64,000 bases of DNA from Diplonema japonicum. Taxonomy: Eukaryota; Protista; Euglenozoa: Diplonemea. Below, in pieces: positions 1 to 12,144 of this stretch. A program made the position numbers and the translations under genes. The stretch is from NCBI GenBank assembly GCA_964019335.1, contig OZ025716.1:372001-436000 (forward strand), given 5' to 3'. The notes below the pieces were generated by a model. The model had not been told where the DNA came from and made no database searches. It saw nothing but the letters and a program-made list of their open reading frames with translations. Within the stretch, counting starts at the first letter, position 1; the number at the start of each line of letters is the position of its first letter.

Positions 1-844
1 CGAAGTTGCAGAGGACAGACTAACAGCTAACAACCTTACAATGTTAAGAGCTGTCCTTCCCTCAAAAACTGCACTTTTCTCAACTGGACTTACGAAAAGC
101 TTTCGTGGAACTACCGGCAAAAATGGCCAAAACTTAAAATGGCGACTTTCAAGGTCATTTTGGTTGGCCTCCAAAAAAAAGAAAAAGATTTTTTTTGGAA
201 AAGAAATTTTGGTACTTCCTTGGAACTCACCGTTCTTTCGTCCGACATATGGATTTTTTGAAAAAAAAAAAAATTCAATGAACCTTTGAGCATTTTTTGA
301 CATTTTTTTCCCCTAGCCCCCTGTAATCCCTTTGAGACATAGGGCGGGTTACTTAGCGAATATAGAGCGTTTAATATCAACAGGAAAGTCGGCAGTGGGA
401 GTTTTCCTTTTTTTTTTTTTCTTCAAGGGGCGACTCACAGAGACTTCCTTTAGCTCATATATTTCTTCTTGTTTTTTTTTTGGGAGGAGAGACCCCTGCG
501 GACGGGGCCAAGAGGGTCAAGTCGCTCACGTAAGGCTGCAATAGGCGTCATCAGGAGACAGATCTTCGCATCAAGACAGACAGCGCAAAAACTACAGGAG
601 TTGAAAAGGACATACAAGAAAGACCGCGTGTCGAAACTACGAAAAGCTTTAAAGGCGACAATAGGAACGAAGGCCATCTATGCTCCAGAAGGGATTGTCT
701 TTTACTATGAGTTTTTTTTTTTTTCCTTTCGAGAACGGGTCTTTGACTTGTCTAAGCAAAAGGGGAACGTTGTTGATACATAAACTTATAAACTTCTCCA
801 GGTTTTCGGCACGTACAAACAACGGTCAATTCCTCTTTATATTC

Positions 845-2070
845 TTTTTTTAGCTCAACTTGCTCCGGGAGAAAGAAAAGAAAAATAAACGAAAAACTCC
901 TGTTCTTTTTAAATTGTTGCTGGAACAAGTACAACTTTGAAAAAGAAATGTTATTTTGCAAGAAAAAAAAGAAGATTAGAGGCAGCTTGTCCCGTTTTAT
1001 CCCTACTGTAGGTGAAAACGACTTGCAATGCCGGCTCCTTTTTTTTTTCTTTTTCTTTTTTTACTTTAGAAATACCTCGCATTTCTCCCCCCCTTCTTTT
1101 TGTTTGTCATAAAAGAAAAGTTGTAAACATACCCTGTATCAGATTCCGCCCGGTGTACACCTTCACCTGCCCTGTCCTCTTTGCAGGCCGGAATACTCTG
1201 AAGCGATGCTATACGTAGGGGAGCAAGAATCTTATTTTTTTGCAACTTGTCGGTCTCTTATGTCCATGAGCATCCACAAGGCCAGAAACTAATAGATATC
1301 GTCCACAGTGAAGTCAAGTCTGGGTTGTGGTACTTGCAAACGGTGCAAAGAGTTTTCACAAACCCCATTCAAAATGAACAGCTTGAAGAAATCCTTGTCC
1401 TGCCCCCCCCCCCCCCCCCCCCCCATGTGCCCCGCTACTTCTTTTGCGTAACCTGCGTAATTTCGCTCTCCCATGGCATATTTTCACTCTTCTCGTCACT
1501 ACTGTACGGTGCAGTACTGCTCATCTGAGCTTTAGTGCCACCAAAAACTGGTTTCGAGAGTGTTTTTGGAGGTTAATCTAGGGGCCAAAAGTGATTTTCG
1601 ATGGAAAGGAAAATCGCGGACACAACGTTATTCTGTAAGGGTATGGGTTGTGTGGTACTTCAAATGCCTATACAATTTTTTTTTTTTTAATTTTTTTGAT
1701 CGCTAGATATCTAGCGCTTCGTCCTTTTATGGTTAAAAAGAATGTCTTTTAACCTTTTAACTCAGCTTGCTCCGGGGAAAGGAAATGAAATAAATAAAAA
1801 GAAATAGAATTACCTTTCTAACCCCTTCTTATTTCTTTTTTTCTTTCTTTCTTTCTTTTTTTCTTTTTTTGCGGGAACAAGTAAGCAAACTTTGAAAAAA
1901 CGAATTTGTTATTGCAAAAAGAGAAAATAAAAAAGAAGAAAAACAATCGTTGTTCGTTTTATTAAGGTTTTTATTCTTCTTTTTTTTCTTTTTTTTTTTT
2001 TAATTCCCTTTTTACTTTAAAAACATCTCGCTGTCCCCTTCTTTTCTATGTCAGAAAAAGAAAAGGGAAA
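845..2070. repeat. Degenerate direct repeat, ~280-320 bp units at ~845-1120 and ~1755-2070
   Basis: Colinear shared blocks in both units: ctca(a/g)cttgctccggg; ggaacaagta...aactttgaaaaa; tttttacttta(g/a)aaa..ctcgc; tgtca(t/g)aaaa..gaaaag. Confidence 0.6.
1530..1736 (-). mobile_element. Possible solitary piggyBac-like terminus
   Basis: Minus strand reads TTAA|CCATAAAAGGACGAAG, resembling the CCCCTAAAGGCCCG TIR of the element at 16489. It is followed by a perfect 16-bp palindrome CGCTAGATATCTAGCG (1701-1716). No partner end found. Confidence 0.3.
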
Positions 2071-2161
2071 AAAAGCTTGTGTTTCTTCTTTCTTCCAACA
2101 GAACATCCTGTGCCGACCCCTCTACTTTGCTCCTTTCAACTATTGACGCTGATCTGAAGCC

Positions 2162-3010
2162 ATGACACACGAGTGGTCCCGCCTTCAATTCCCTTGCTCA
2201 TTTATTATTATTACACCATTTAGCAAGACAACCTTGCACAACCCTACACAGGAGTTGACGGTGCCAAGTTTAGTTTGGTACAAGTGCAACGGACTTAAGC
2301 ACTTCGATGGGGATGCGATTGTCCCAGAAGTACTCAAATGGCTTCGCATGCTGCAGTGGAGCTCACGTAGTTGACAAACCGGATCCGAGGGTTTATATAT
2401 TCCTGCAGACCCACTTTCGCATCGTGTGACAAGGTACGCTTCATCCACGAGCAGACGAGGACAAGAAGGAAGGCGGCTTTGTAAAGATAACTTGTCCGCC
2501 ACGCTGCAAGAGGCACATCGTTACAAAGACAACCTTTTCAAGCTTCCATTCAAGAATCTCGTGGAATATCTCTTCCTCATAAAGCAGGTCGGCATAGCTC
2601 TGCACAAAAACCTCGACAAGAAGACCTCCTCAGTTTCGTACTATCTTGCCGCTGCAGTCTCCGATTACTACATTCCTTGGGAGGACCTGGCTGAGCACAA
2701 GATTCAAAGCCGTTCGGGAGATTCCACATTGTCGCTTACTTTCAACAAGACGCCCAAGGTGCTGGGGCATATCAACACCATTTGGTGTCCGGGGTGCATG
2801 ATGGTCAGTTTTAAGCTTGAAACAGATGTGTCGATATTAAAGGACAAGGCGCTTCAGTCCCTGGATCTTTACAAGGGCTTCCTCTGTGTGGCAAACATCC
2901 TGCAAACTTACAAGAAGGAGTGCTGGATGTATTCCGGGGCCGACCCGTCGCGTGCTGGACACCACATTACCCTCCGAGGCACCGACATTGAGGTACATAT
3001 AAATATATAA
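2162..3010 (+). pseudogene. Disrupted coding-like segment, unknown product
   Basis: Two consecutive coding-composition ORFs (2162-2374, 2426-3010) split by a stop. The final TAA runs into a long A-rich tract. No family recognised. Confidence 0.3.
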
Positions 3011-3229
3011 AAAAAAAAAAAAAAAAAAAAATTAAAAAAAAAAGAAAATTAAAAAAAAAAGAAAATTAAGAGTTGCAGTAGAAACGAGATACACAAGATT
3101 CTAAAGCCGACAATCTTACCACACAAACGTGCCTTTTTTTTTTTCCTCTTCAGTCTGTGTTTCTGTTTTTCAACCTTGTGTGCAGTACTGTCGTCTTTTA
3201 CTTTTATCTCGTTCTCTTTTTTCTTGACG

Positions 3230-3620
3230 CGGCCGCTACAATTGCCAGGCTCAGGAACGAGGAGACCCCCCCAACCTTTGTCACTGCAGTGGCAAGGACC
3301 AGGCCGGACTACATCCTACTCAACAAGGTTGCGGCACACACGCCGAAGGACTGCGAGACGGTCGACATCGGGGTTCCCTCACACCATGCCCTTAGACTTA
3401 GGCTAGGGGTGACAGTGCTCAAGCAGGCGACCTACCGGTTCTCCATCCCCAGGCAGATTACCCCGGCTCCAGCCGGGCATAGACGCCCCCCGCCCGCGGA
3501 CCTCCTTCAGACTCTGACTTCTTTTAAGGAGCTGGGGACATGGACAGCGCTTACCAGTTCCTTTCCTCGATATGCGAACGGCACCTACTGGGAACGTCAA
3601 GGGAGAGCTTTAATCCGAGC
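3230..3620 (+). mobile_element. Non-LTR retrotransposon remnant (C-terminal part of APE-type endonuclease)
   Basis: PTFVTAVARTRPDYILLNK...VDIGVPSHHALRLRL resembles the PTF...xRxDYIL...SDH ending of LINE APE domains. No plausible start; boundaries approximate. Confidence 0.5.
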
Positions 3621-4008
3621 TACCTGGGGCGAGGGACTCTCGCCTTGTGAAGAGGGTGAGGACATCCAAGTGAGCGCGCGTGTAATAGGCCGGGTGATAG
3701 AACGCATCCACACCAGTAAGGGCATAGCGCCCCTCATCCCAGCTGCGTCAGTAGTTTCTGTCCACTCCCTACGCACGTTGGGTTACTACAACAGCTCCGT
3801 AAGGGGCTACTCCTCTAGACCGGTATTCGCCTCCCCGACGACCAGCCACATCCTTGAGAGACAACTGTACAACTATTGTGTTAAACCACTGCCACCACGC
3901 GTGAAAATCATACGATCTTATTTTCACTAAATAAATAGTTATTTTTTTCTTCCCACGGTGTGGTTAAGAATATACTCCCTCCACAGGCGAATCCTAGCTT
4001 GAGAAAAT

Positions 4009-6720
4009 ATGGAAGAAAAGAAGAGCGTGAAAGGGCACATCGAGCGCTTCTCAGCCGCGGTGCACAATGGAACAGAAAGGTTCTTCGAGAAGCTCAGCAC
4101 CCTTGTGGTGAACCACCCGGGAGTGACCATCGCCATCTGCGTCGTCTTCGCCGCCATCATGGCACAGGGCGTGTGGCTCTACGATGAGGAACTCTCTCCT
4201 GATAAACAGTTCACCCCACGTGACAGCCAGGCCGTCAACGAAGAGACCTGGGTGGTCGAGAGGTTCGGGAACAATGACAGAACCGTGTACCTGCAAGTGG
4301 AGGCTGATGAAGGGACGAACATGCTGACGAAGGCCTCGCTGTTGTACATGCAAGAGATGCACGAGTGGCTCCTGTCACAGTCGCTCATCGTGGACGGGGA
4401 GAACGTGACCTACAACGTGGTGTGCGCGAGGTACACTAAAGACGACGATTGCAAGTCTCCTGTCTCTGTTCTGTCCTTCTGGCAGCACAACAGAACCCTC
4501 CTTGAGGCTGACCCGAACCCTCTTTCCACCATCAACTCTGTGGACTGGAGGGACATTGAACCTTCTGGTCCACCCCTCTCTTACTACGTCGGCAGTGATG
4601 CTGTTCGTGATGCCAGTGGGGCGTTGGTGTCGACACGGGCCACGCGTATCACCTACAACCTGAAGAACGAGAAAAAGGAAATTTCTGGTAGTGGCAACGA
4701 CGACCCGCAGAGCAGGTACTTCGAGATCCTGGTTGCTGAGAAGTCTGCTGACAGGCGCTCGGCTGACAGGCAGGCACACAAGGCAGCCTCTTTCATCCGT
4801 ACTTCAGGTCAAGAGAAGCAGGCTAGCAGCAGCGCAATAAGTTCAGATGTCGGCAACCTGATCATGGGCTATGTTCTGATGCTTCTCTACGCTTCCTTCA
4901 TCCTGTCTCGTGGCCGTGCGAAGTACTCCCACTCACTGATTGGCTTAGCATCCGTTGTGTCCATTGGCCTGTCAACCTTCAGTGCCTACGGCCTCTGTTG
5001 GTACATCGGGATCAAGTTCAACACTGTCGTTCAGGTACTTGTCTTGGTGCTTCTCGGTGTTGGGATCGACGACACCTTTGTGATCATGGACTCCTGGTGG
5101 GACTGCTCCGAAATCCCCACAATGAAGGAGAGGATGATTGCGGCCATGAAGCATGCTGGTCCTGCGATCACAATCACATCTGTGACCGACCTCATCGCCT
5201 TCCTTGCTGGGTCCAGCACAGAGTTACCTGCTTTGCGTGACTTCTGCTACTACGCCACAATTGGAATTACGTTTTGCTTCATGTTCCAATGCACCTTTCT
5301 GGTAGCCATTGCATACTTTGACAGTGTGAGGCAGGATCGCGGTAGGTCAGATGTCCTGTGCTGTGTCTCTGTGGATGACGAGACAGGTGTGTGCGTGAAG
5401 ACGGAAGGGTGGACTGAGGGGCAGAGGGGTTTCCAGAACCGTGTTGTTGGGACGTACATGCCACGCCTTGTGCTTGGTACTCTTGTTGGCAAGGTGGTGG
5501 TCATCCTCATCTCTTGCTTCTTCTTCGGGCTTGGCATCTACGGGTGCACTGAGCTGAAGATGAACTTCAATGGCGAGTGGTTCATCCCCGACGGGCACGC
5601 CATCGAGGCAGCCATAGATGTGCGTGACACCTACTTCGCTGGACAGACCCTCCCTGCCAATGTGTACTTCGGTGACATCAACTACCCTCAGGAGCAGGAC
5701 ACGATGTTTGACTCACTTTCAGTCCTTCGTCGGAACAGGTGGGTGGTGGCGAACTCCACCTCATCATGGATGGAGGACTTCCAGCAGTGGGTGAAGAAGG
5801 AACACGTGGCGGACTGGGACCAGTCGGCTGGGAGGATCGTCCCTTCTCAGTTCTACAGGCTTCTTCGTGTGTTCGCCTCGACGGCAACAGGGCCCCGCAG
5901 TGCTTGGCAGCACATCGACAACATCAGGTGGAGCAGCAATGGCAGTGACTCGCTGGTCGCCTCTCGTGTGGGCTTCCTCATCGTTGGTGATGCTCTCGCA
6001 AACGGTGAAAATGCTGTGGACTGCATGGACAACCTTCGTGCTGATCTGTCTGGACCTGAGTTCCCTTGGGCCTTTCCGTTCCTGTTCTGGGAGTCTTACA
6101 AGCTGATGGTCCCAGAGATCACAAGGAACGTGGCCATTGCGGGGTCGTGTGTGTTCGTGCTGGTCACCATCATGATTGCGAACGTACAGCTGGGCCTCCT
6201 CGTGACCCTCGCAATCGGGTGTGTGGACGTGTGCATGCTTGGTTTCATGCCTTTCATCGGTGTTGAGCTGAACGGTGTGTCTGTGATCTGCATTGTGCTT
6301 GCTGTCGGTCTGAGTGTGGACTACAGTGTCCACATTGCAGGGGCCTTCCTTCATGTGAAGTGTGAGGATGGCGATGAGCACAGTGGGAGGACACAGCGTG
6401 CGGCCTTCGCATTATGGAAGATGGGCCCTGCTGTGGTGAATGGGGGGACCTCTACATTCATCGCGATCCTTCCGGCCGCCTTCGCTGTCTCATATGTGTT
6501 TAAGGTGTTCTTCAGGATGTTTGCGTTGATCATCTTCTTCGGGCAGTGGTTCGGGGTGTTCTTGCTTCCGGTGGTGCTGTCGTTGGTGGGGCCTGACCCG
6601 TACCTCACAGCTCCGGAGCTGAATGAGAAGCCTCAGCAGAACCCTCTTCACCCTGAACATGATGCTCCTGTCCAACCACAGAAGCCAGACTGCTCCCCTA
6701 CATCTGTTGAAATGATTTAA
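4009..6720 (+). CDS. Patched/NPC1-like RND sterol-sensing-domain protein, array copy 1 (903 aa)
   Basis: Two (1 TM + large luminal loop + 5 TM) halves. TM4 GVGIDDTF and TM10 GLSVDY (GxxxD) motifs; GPAITITSVTDLIAF and PALRDFC SSD signature; N-glycosylation sequons. No NPC1 N-terminal domain. Confidence 0.93.
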   Translation: MEEKKSVKGHIERFSAAVHNGTERFFEKLSTLVVNHPGVTIAICVVFAAIMAQGVWLYDEELSPDKQFTPRDSQAVNEETWVVERFGNNDRTVYLQVEADEGTNMLTKASLLYMQEMHEWLLSQSLIVDGENVTYNVVCARYTKDDDCKSPVSVLSFWQHNRTLLEADPNPLSTINSVDWRDIEPSGPPLSYYVGSDAVRDASGALVSTRATRITYNLKNEKKEISGSGNDDPQSRYFEILVAEKSADRRSADRQAHKAASFIRTSGQEKQASSSAISSDVGNLIMGYVLMLLYASFILSRGRAKYSHSLIGLASVVSIGLSTFSAYGLCWYIGIKFNTVVQVLVLVLLGVGIDDTFVIMDSWWDCSEIPTMKERMIAAMKHAGPAITITSVTDLIAFLAGSSTELPALRDFCYYATIGITFCFMFQCTFLVAIAYFDSVRQDRGRSDVLCCVSVDDETGVCVKTEGWTEGQRGFQNRVVGTYMPRLVLGTLVGKVVVILISCFFFGLGIYGCTELKMNFNGEWFIPDGHAIEAAIDVRDTYFAGQTLPANVYFGDINYPQEQDTMFDSLSVLRRNRWVVANSTSSWMEDFQQWVKKEHVADWDQSAGRIVPSQFYRLLRVFASTATGPRSAWQHIDNIRWSSNGSDSLVASRVGFLIVGDALANGENAVDCMDNLRADLSGPEFPWAFPFLFWESYKLMVPEITRNVAIAGSCVFVLVTIMIANVQLGLLVTLAIGCVDVCMLGFMPFIGVELNGVSVICIVLAVGLSVDYSVHIAGAFLHVKCEDGDEHSGRTQRAAFALWKMGPAVVNGGTSTFIAILPAAFAVSYVFKVFFRMFALIIFFGQWFGVFLLPVVLSLVGPDPYLTAPELNEKPQQNPLHPEHDAPVQPQKPDCSPTSVEMI

Positions 6721-7282
6721 AATAAAAGCTGGCAAGCCAGCAGGATGTTGTCTAATTTAAAAAAAAGAAAAACATGTTTTTTTTTTTTCAGTGAGGTTTG
6801 TTTACCCAGCTCAAGTCAGCAGGCTTGAACCGCTAAGGTCAAGGCTACTGCAACTTACAACCCCCCTTCACAGGACGGCATGAAAGTTCAAAAGACTATT
6901 CAATGTCCTGTCCAGTATCACCTTCGTCATTTCTTATTTTGCTTACTTTTCCGAAAAGAATAAAGGAAAACAATGTTTCTTTTTTGTTTTTTGTTTTTGT
7001 TTTTTATTCTGATCTCATTTGCTTTTGGAGCAAACCACTGGCTTCAACAAGGAAAGAGAACCCCTTATTTCTTTTTTGTCATTTTCCAATATTATTGGAC
7101 ACCTCTTTATTTCAATTTTTATCTTCGATTTTCTATCTTGGGCAACCTGTGTGTGCAGGTAAGGCAATAGACTTAGATCTACTTTCGAGCTGTTGTGCCC
7201 AGCCAATTCTTTTATTTTCTAATCGCATGCAATTATTCGATATCAATGATAGCATGCCATTGCAGCATTACAATACAACAAT

Positions 7283-10021
7283 ATGGAAAAGGACAAAAGC
7301 ATCAAAGCTCGCCTTGAGCGCTTCTCAGCCGCGGTGCACAATGGAACAGAAAGGTTCTTCGAGAAGCTCAGCACCCTTGTGGTAAACCACCCGGGAGTGA
7401 CCATCGCCATCTGCGTCGTCTTCGCCGCCATCATGGCACAGGGCGTGTGGCTCTACGATGAGGAACTCTCTGAAGAAAAGCAGTTCAGTCCCCGAGACAG
7501 CCAGGCTGTCAAAGACCAAGATTGGGTGGTCGAGAGATTCGGTCATGAGAACAGACCTGTGTACCTGCAAGTGGAAGCGGATGAAGGGACGAACATGCTG
7601 ACGAAGGCCTCACTGCTGTACATGCAAGAGATGCACGAGTGGCTCCTGTCACAGTCGCTCATCGTGGACGGGGAGAACGTGACCTACAACGTGGTGTGCT
7701 CGAAATACACCAAAGACGACGATTGCAAGTCTCCTGTCTCTGTTCTGTCCTTCTGGCAGCACAACAGAACCCTCCTTGAGGCCGACCCGAACCCTCTTTC
7801 CACCATCAACTCTGTGGACTGGAGGGACATTGAACCTTCTGGTCCACCCCTCTCTTACTACCTTAGCACTGATGCTGTTCGTGATGCCAGTGGGGCGTTA
7901 GTGTCGACACGGGCCGCGCGTATCATCTACAAGTTTAAGAATGAAAGGCAGAAACTATCGGGACTAGGAGAGGACGACCCGCAGAGCAGGTACTTCGAGA
8001 TCCTGGTTGCTGAGAAGTCTGCTGACAGGCGCTCGGCTGACAGGCAGGCACACAAAGCAGCTTCTTTCATGCTAACCTTAGGAGAGGAAGAGAAAGCAGG
8101 GGGTGAAGCTATTGACTCTGATGTGAACAACCTGATCTTGGGTTACATCTTGATGTTTGCCTATGCCTCCCTCATCCTGTCTCGTGGCCGTGTGAAGTAC
8201 TCCCACTCACTGATTGGTATCGTGTCAGTTGTGTCCATCGGCTTGTCAACCTTCAGTGCCTACGGCCTCTGCTGGTACATCGGGATCAAGTTCAACACTG
8301 TCGTTCAGGTACTTGTCTTGGTGCTTCTCGGTGTTGGGATCGACGACACCTTTGTGATCATGGACTCCTGGTGGGACTGCTATGAAATCCCCACAATGAA
8401 GGAGAGGATGATTGCGGCCATGAAGCACGCTGGTCCTGCAGTCACGATCACATCTGTGACCGACCTCATCGCCTTCCTTGCTGGGTCCAGCACTTCTTTC
8501 CCCGCCCTTCGTGACTTCTGCTACTACGCCACAATTGGAATCACCTTCGATTTTGTGTTCCAATGCACATTCGTGGTAGCCATTGCATACCTTGACAGTG
8601 TGAGGCAGGATCGCGGTAGGTCAGATGTCCTGTGCTGTGTCTCTGTGGATGACGAGACAGGTGTGTGCGTGAAGACGGAAGGGTGGACTGAGGGGCAGAG
8701 GGGTTTCCAGAACCGTGTTGTTGGGACGTACATGCCACGCCTTGTGCTTGGGACTGTCGTGGGCAAGGTGGTGGTCATCCTCATCTCTTGCTCCCTCTTC
8801 GGGCTTGGCATCTACGGGTGCACTCAGGTGAAGATGAACTACAACAACGAGTGGTTTGTCCCCGAGGGGCACTCCATCAGGGATGCCATGGATGTGCGCA
8901 ACACTTACTTCAACGGACAGACCCTCCCTACTAATGTGTACTTCGGTGAACTCAACTACCCACATGAGCAGGACACGGTGCTGACTGCTGGGTCAGTCCT
9001 TCGCAAGAACAGATGGGTCACTCAGAACTCCACCTCATCATGGATGGAGGACTTCCAGCAGTGGGTGAAGAAGGAGCACGTGGCGGACTGGGACCAGTCG
9101 GCTGGGAGGATCGTCCCTTCTCAGTTCTACTGGCTTCTTCGTGTGTTCGCCTCGACGGCAACAGGGCCCCGCAGTGCTTGGCAGCACATCGACAACATCA
9201 GGTGGAGCAGCAATGGCAGTGACTCGCTGGTCGCCTCTCGTGTGGGCTTCCTCATCGTTGGTGATGCTCTCACCGACGGGCAGAATGCTGTGGACTGCAT
9301 GGACAACCTTCGTGCTGAGCTGTCTGGACCTGAGTTCCCTTGGGCATGGCCATTTGTCTTTTTCGAGTCATTCAAGCTGATGATTCCCGAGATCACAAGG
9401 AACGTGGCAGTTGCGGGGTCGTGTGTGTTCGTGCTGGTCACCATCATGATTGCGAACGTACAGCTGGGCCTTTTTGTGACCCTTGCCATCGGGTGTGTGG
9501 ACGTGTGCATGATAGGCTTCATGCCTTTTGTTGGTGTTGAGCTGAACGGTGTGTCTGTGATCTGCATTGTGCTTGCTGTCGGTCTGAGTGTGGACTACAG
9601 TGTCCACATTGCAGGGGCCTTCCTTCATGTGAAGTGTGAGGATGGCGATGAGCACAGTGGGAGGACACAGCGTGCGGCCTTCGCATTATGGAAGATGGGC
9701 CCTGCTGTGGTGAATGGGGGGACCTCTACATTCATCGCGATCCTTCCGGCCGCCTTCGCTGTCTCATATGTGTTTAAGGTGTTCTTCAGGATGTTTGCGT
9801 TGATCATCTTCTTCGGGCAGTGGTTCGGGGTGTTCTTGCTTCCGGTGGTGCTGTCGTTGGTGGGGCCTGACCCGTACCTCACAGCTCCGGAGCTGAATGA
9901 GAAGCCTCAGCAGAACCCTCTTCACCCTGAACATGATGCTCCCGCGCTACCGGAGAATTCTGATCATTCCCCTACTACGCTGATCCAAGTTGAAATGAAA
10001 GAGACGCCAAGTGAACAATAG
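7283..10021 (+). CDS. Patched/NPC1-like RND SSD protein, copy 2 (912 aa)
   Basis: Same motifs; colinear paralogue of copy 1. Confidence 0.93.
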   Translation: MEKDKSIKARLERFSAAVHNGTERFFEKLSTLVVNHPGVTIAICVVFAAIMAQGVWLYDEELSEEKQFSPRDSQAVKDQDWVVERFGHENRPVYLQVEADEGTNMLTKASLLYMQEMHEWLLSQSLIVDGENVTYNVVCSKYTKDDDCKSPVSVLSFWQHNRTLLEADPNPLSTINSVDWRDIEPSGPPLSYYLSTDAVRDASGALVSTRAARIIYKFKNERQKLSGLGEDDPQSRYFEILVAEKSADRRSADRQAHKAASFMLTLGEEEKAGGEAIDSDVNNLILGYILMFAYASLILSRGRVKYSHSLIGIVSVVSIGLSTFSAYGLCWYIGIKFNTVVQVLVLVLLGVGIDDTFVIMDSWWDCYEIPTMKERMIAAMKHAGPAVTITSVTDLIAFLAGSSTSFPALRDFCYYATIGITFDFVFQCTFVVAIAYLDSVRQDRGRSDVLCCVSVDDETGVCVKTEGWTEGQRGFQNRVVGTYMPRLVLGTVVGKVVVILISCSLFGLGIYGCTQVKMNYNNEWFVPEGHSIRDAMDVRNTYFNGQTLPTNVYFGELNYPHEQDTVLTAGSVLRKNRWVTQNSTSSWMEDFQQWVKKEHVADWDQSAGRIVPSQFYWLLRVFASTATGPRSAWQHIDNIRWSSNGSDSLVASRVGFLIVGDALTDGQNAVDCMDNLRAELSGPEFPWAWPFVFFESFKLMIPEITRNVAVAGSCVFVLVTIMIANVQLGLFVTLAIGCVDVCMIGFMPFVGVELNGVSVICIVLAVGLSVDYSVHIAGAFLHVKCEDGDEHSGRTQRAAFALWKMGPAVVNGGTSTFIAILPAAFAVSYVFKVFFRMFALIIFFGQWFGVFLLPVVLSLVGPDPYLTAPELNEKPQQNPLHPEHDAPALPENSDHSPTTLIQVEMKETPSEQ

Positions 10022-11009
10022 ACAGTTAATGTTCAGGGATTTCTTTTTTAAAAAGCAGTTGTTTCATATCTGTCGAAAAAGTTCTTTTGTTTCTCTACTA
10101 CGCCACTACTATATTTGTAAAATTGTTGTTGTTTTTTTTTTTTTTTTAAATTTATTTTCTTTTTTTATATAGAACTAAGGAGTGTCTCTTGGAAGATACC
10201 TCTTAGGGTGTCTCGAAAGATTCCACATAGAATGGCTTCAAAACGGAATTTGTCGAAAATGAAAAAAGAAGAAACTACCAACCTGCCAGTAGAAGCTCTC
10301 TCTATTGGGTCCCGGTCACATTCCTGAGTTCTTTTTTTTAAAAAAGAAGAAAAAAAAAAAAAGAAAATAGCAAATTTGTGATCCATGCCTTAACGCTTCT
10401 TTTGCACAAATTGACACAGACCGCTGAGGTGCCGTTTGTCCGTTTATGCCCCCCCCCCTTTTTTTTGCTTCCGGGGAAAAAGAATTAAAGATTTAATAAG
10501 TTTTTATTCCCCTCCTTTCACTTCCCACTCCCTTTTTTTTTTTTTTTTTTTTTTTGGGCACCGATACCCACGATGATTTATTATGAACGGGGGACGGACT
10601 TCAAAGAAAAAAAAAACAAAACAAAAAAAAAACAAAAACTATTTGCTTTTGCTCCACTCTTACTAGAGGCCTCTACATGATAACGCGGATTGTATCATTA
10701 TTATCGAGAAGTCCCTTTTAGTCCCCCTTTCTATTTTCTTTTTTATATAACTTCTTCGTGAGTGATCGGAGAAGAGTTGGGAAGAACAACATAAGCCTGT
10801 GCCTTTACCACTACAGGTGAACTGTCGCAGGCCAATTCGTTTCCCCCCCCCATAAATAATCTAGTAGAATTTCTTCTTTTCCCTTACAAGAACAAGTGCC
10901 TGTGCTAAAAGAGAAAAAAGGGGGGAAGGAGGAATAAGTTGACTTGCTGACAGTTTCCTCTTTCCTCTCTATGGCCACGACAGGGGAGTCCGACTCTTCT
11001 TCTTCAAAG

Positions 11010-11110
11010 CCAAGCCGCTCCCCTCACCTAGCACGGCTCCAAATGTAATGTTTCTTTCGCCCAGATGCCGTCCATCTTCTCGCGAGAAGCAGTCAATCAA
11101 TTAGTGTGGA
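11010..11110 (+). mobile_element. Degenerate fragment of the LINE-like 3' end
   Basis: cctagcacggctccaa...aatgtttct..cgcccagatgccgtccatct...attagtgtg matches ~31195-31305 with deletions. Confidence 0.7.
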
Positions 11111-11291
11111 TCTTCTTCTTCTTTTTTCTTTTTTTTAATAAGGTTCTTTTCTTCTTTTTTTTCTTTTTATTTTTCTTGCTTGAACAAAGAAAGACTATGT
11201 ATTGATAATGAAATTGCTATTCTTGGGTGTATCTTCAGAGCTTAATCCCGGCTGTGCACAAAAACAACAAACCAGACTTTTTTTTTTTTAA

Positions 11292-11666
11292 AGGTCCCCT
11301 CGACAACCAAGATCTGCTCACAGAGAAGGCCGCAAGGATGCGATACATCTTGGGTCGCATCCAGAAATGTTCAGCACGCTGTGGAAGGTCAGTCTTCCCC
11401 GCCAACGCCGAATCAAGGGTGCATACCCTTCGACATCTTGGGGGCCCGACGGCACACGGCTACAACAGGAGACCACTCTTCTCCTCGAGCCAAACCCCCC
11501 CCTACCTAGCACGACTCCAAGCAATGTTTCTCGCCCAGATGCCGTCCATCTCATCGCGACAAACAGCCACCGCAGGCACCAGACAGCAACCGCAGAACGG
11601 TGACCGATTAGTGTGAATTTCTACCTGAACAGCACCCCCATGCACACTGAAATTTTATCGAGTTTT
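11292..11666 (+). mobile_element. 5'-truncated copy (~375 bp) of the LINE-like element at 30.0-31.36 kb
   Basis: Near-identical to 30990-31357 and ends at the same point (...ctgaaattttatcgagtttt). Confidence 0.88.
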
Positions 11667-11924
11667 AAATGAGTATACGCCGGAAAAAAGATGCCCCCCC
11701 CCACCCACCCACCCACCCCCTTTGCGAAAAGAAATAGAAATGAGAAAAAAAAAGGGGAACGAACCTTTTTTCATTCTGGGGGGGGGGACTATTTTTTTTA
11801 ACAGCGGGAAAGCAGCATGTTTATGAGCAGTTGAAATAGAATGGATAGTCGAGAAAGGTTCTGGTGGTCCTAGTGGCAGACCATCTGACAGCCCGAAATA
11901 GGGCGAGCAAGAGTGGGAAGAATG

Positions 11925-11973
11925 GCAGGCACCAGATAGCAACACCGCAGAACGGTGACCGATTAGTGTGAAC
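11925..11973 (+). mobile_element. Short fragment of the same LINE-like 3' end
   Basis: gcaggcaccagatagcaacaccgcagaacggtgaccgattagtgtgaa matches ~31263-31308. Confidence 0.75.
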
Positions 11974-12144
11974 TTTTTTTTTGATCAGATTTTAATGCCG
12001 CAATAACATAAGGGGGTCAATGTGAGCACCACGGTTAGCACGGCGACGCAGGCGGTGAGGGTCTCAAGACAGGTCTTGTGCGGCATGACCGGCTTGAAAC
12101 ACAAAGGAGGAACCCGGCAGAGCCCCCAGAACAGGGACAACTCG

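Noticed and set aside
1-372. Possible DNA transposon end finishing at TTAA
   Set aside because: No partner terminus or transposase motif visible within the window.
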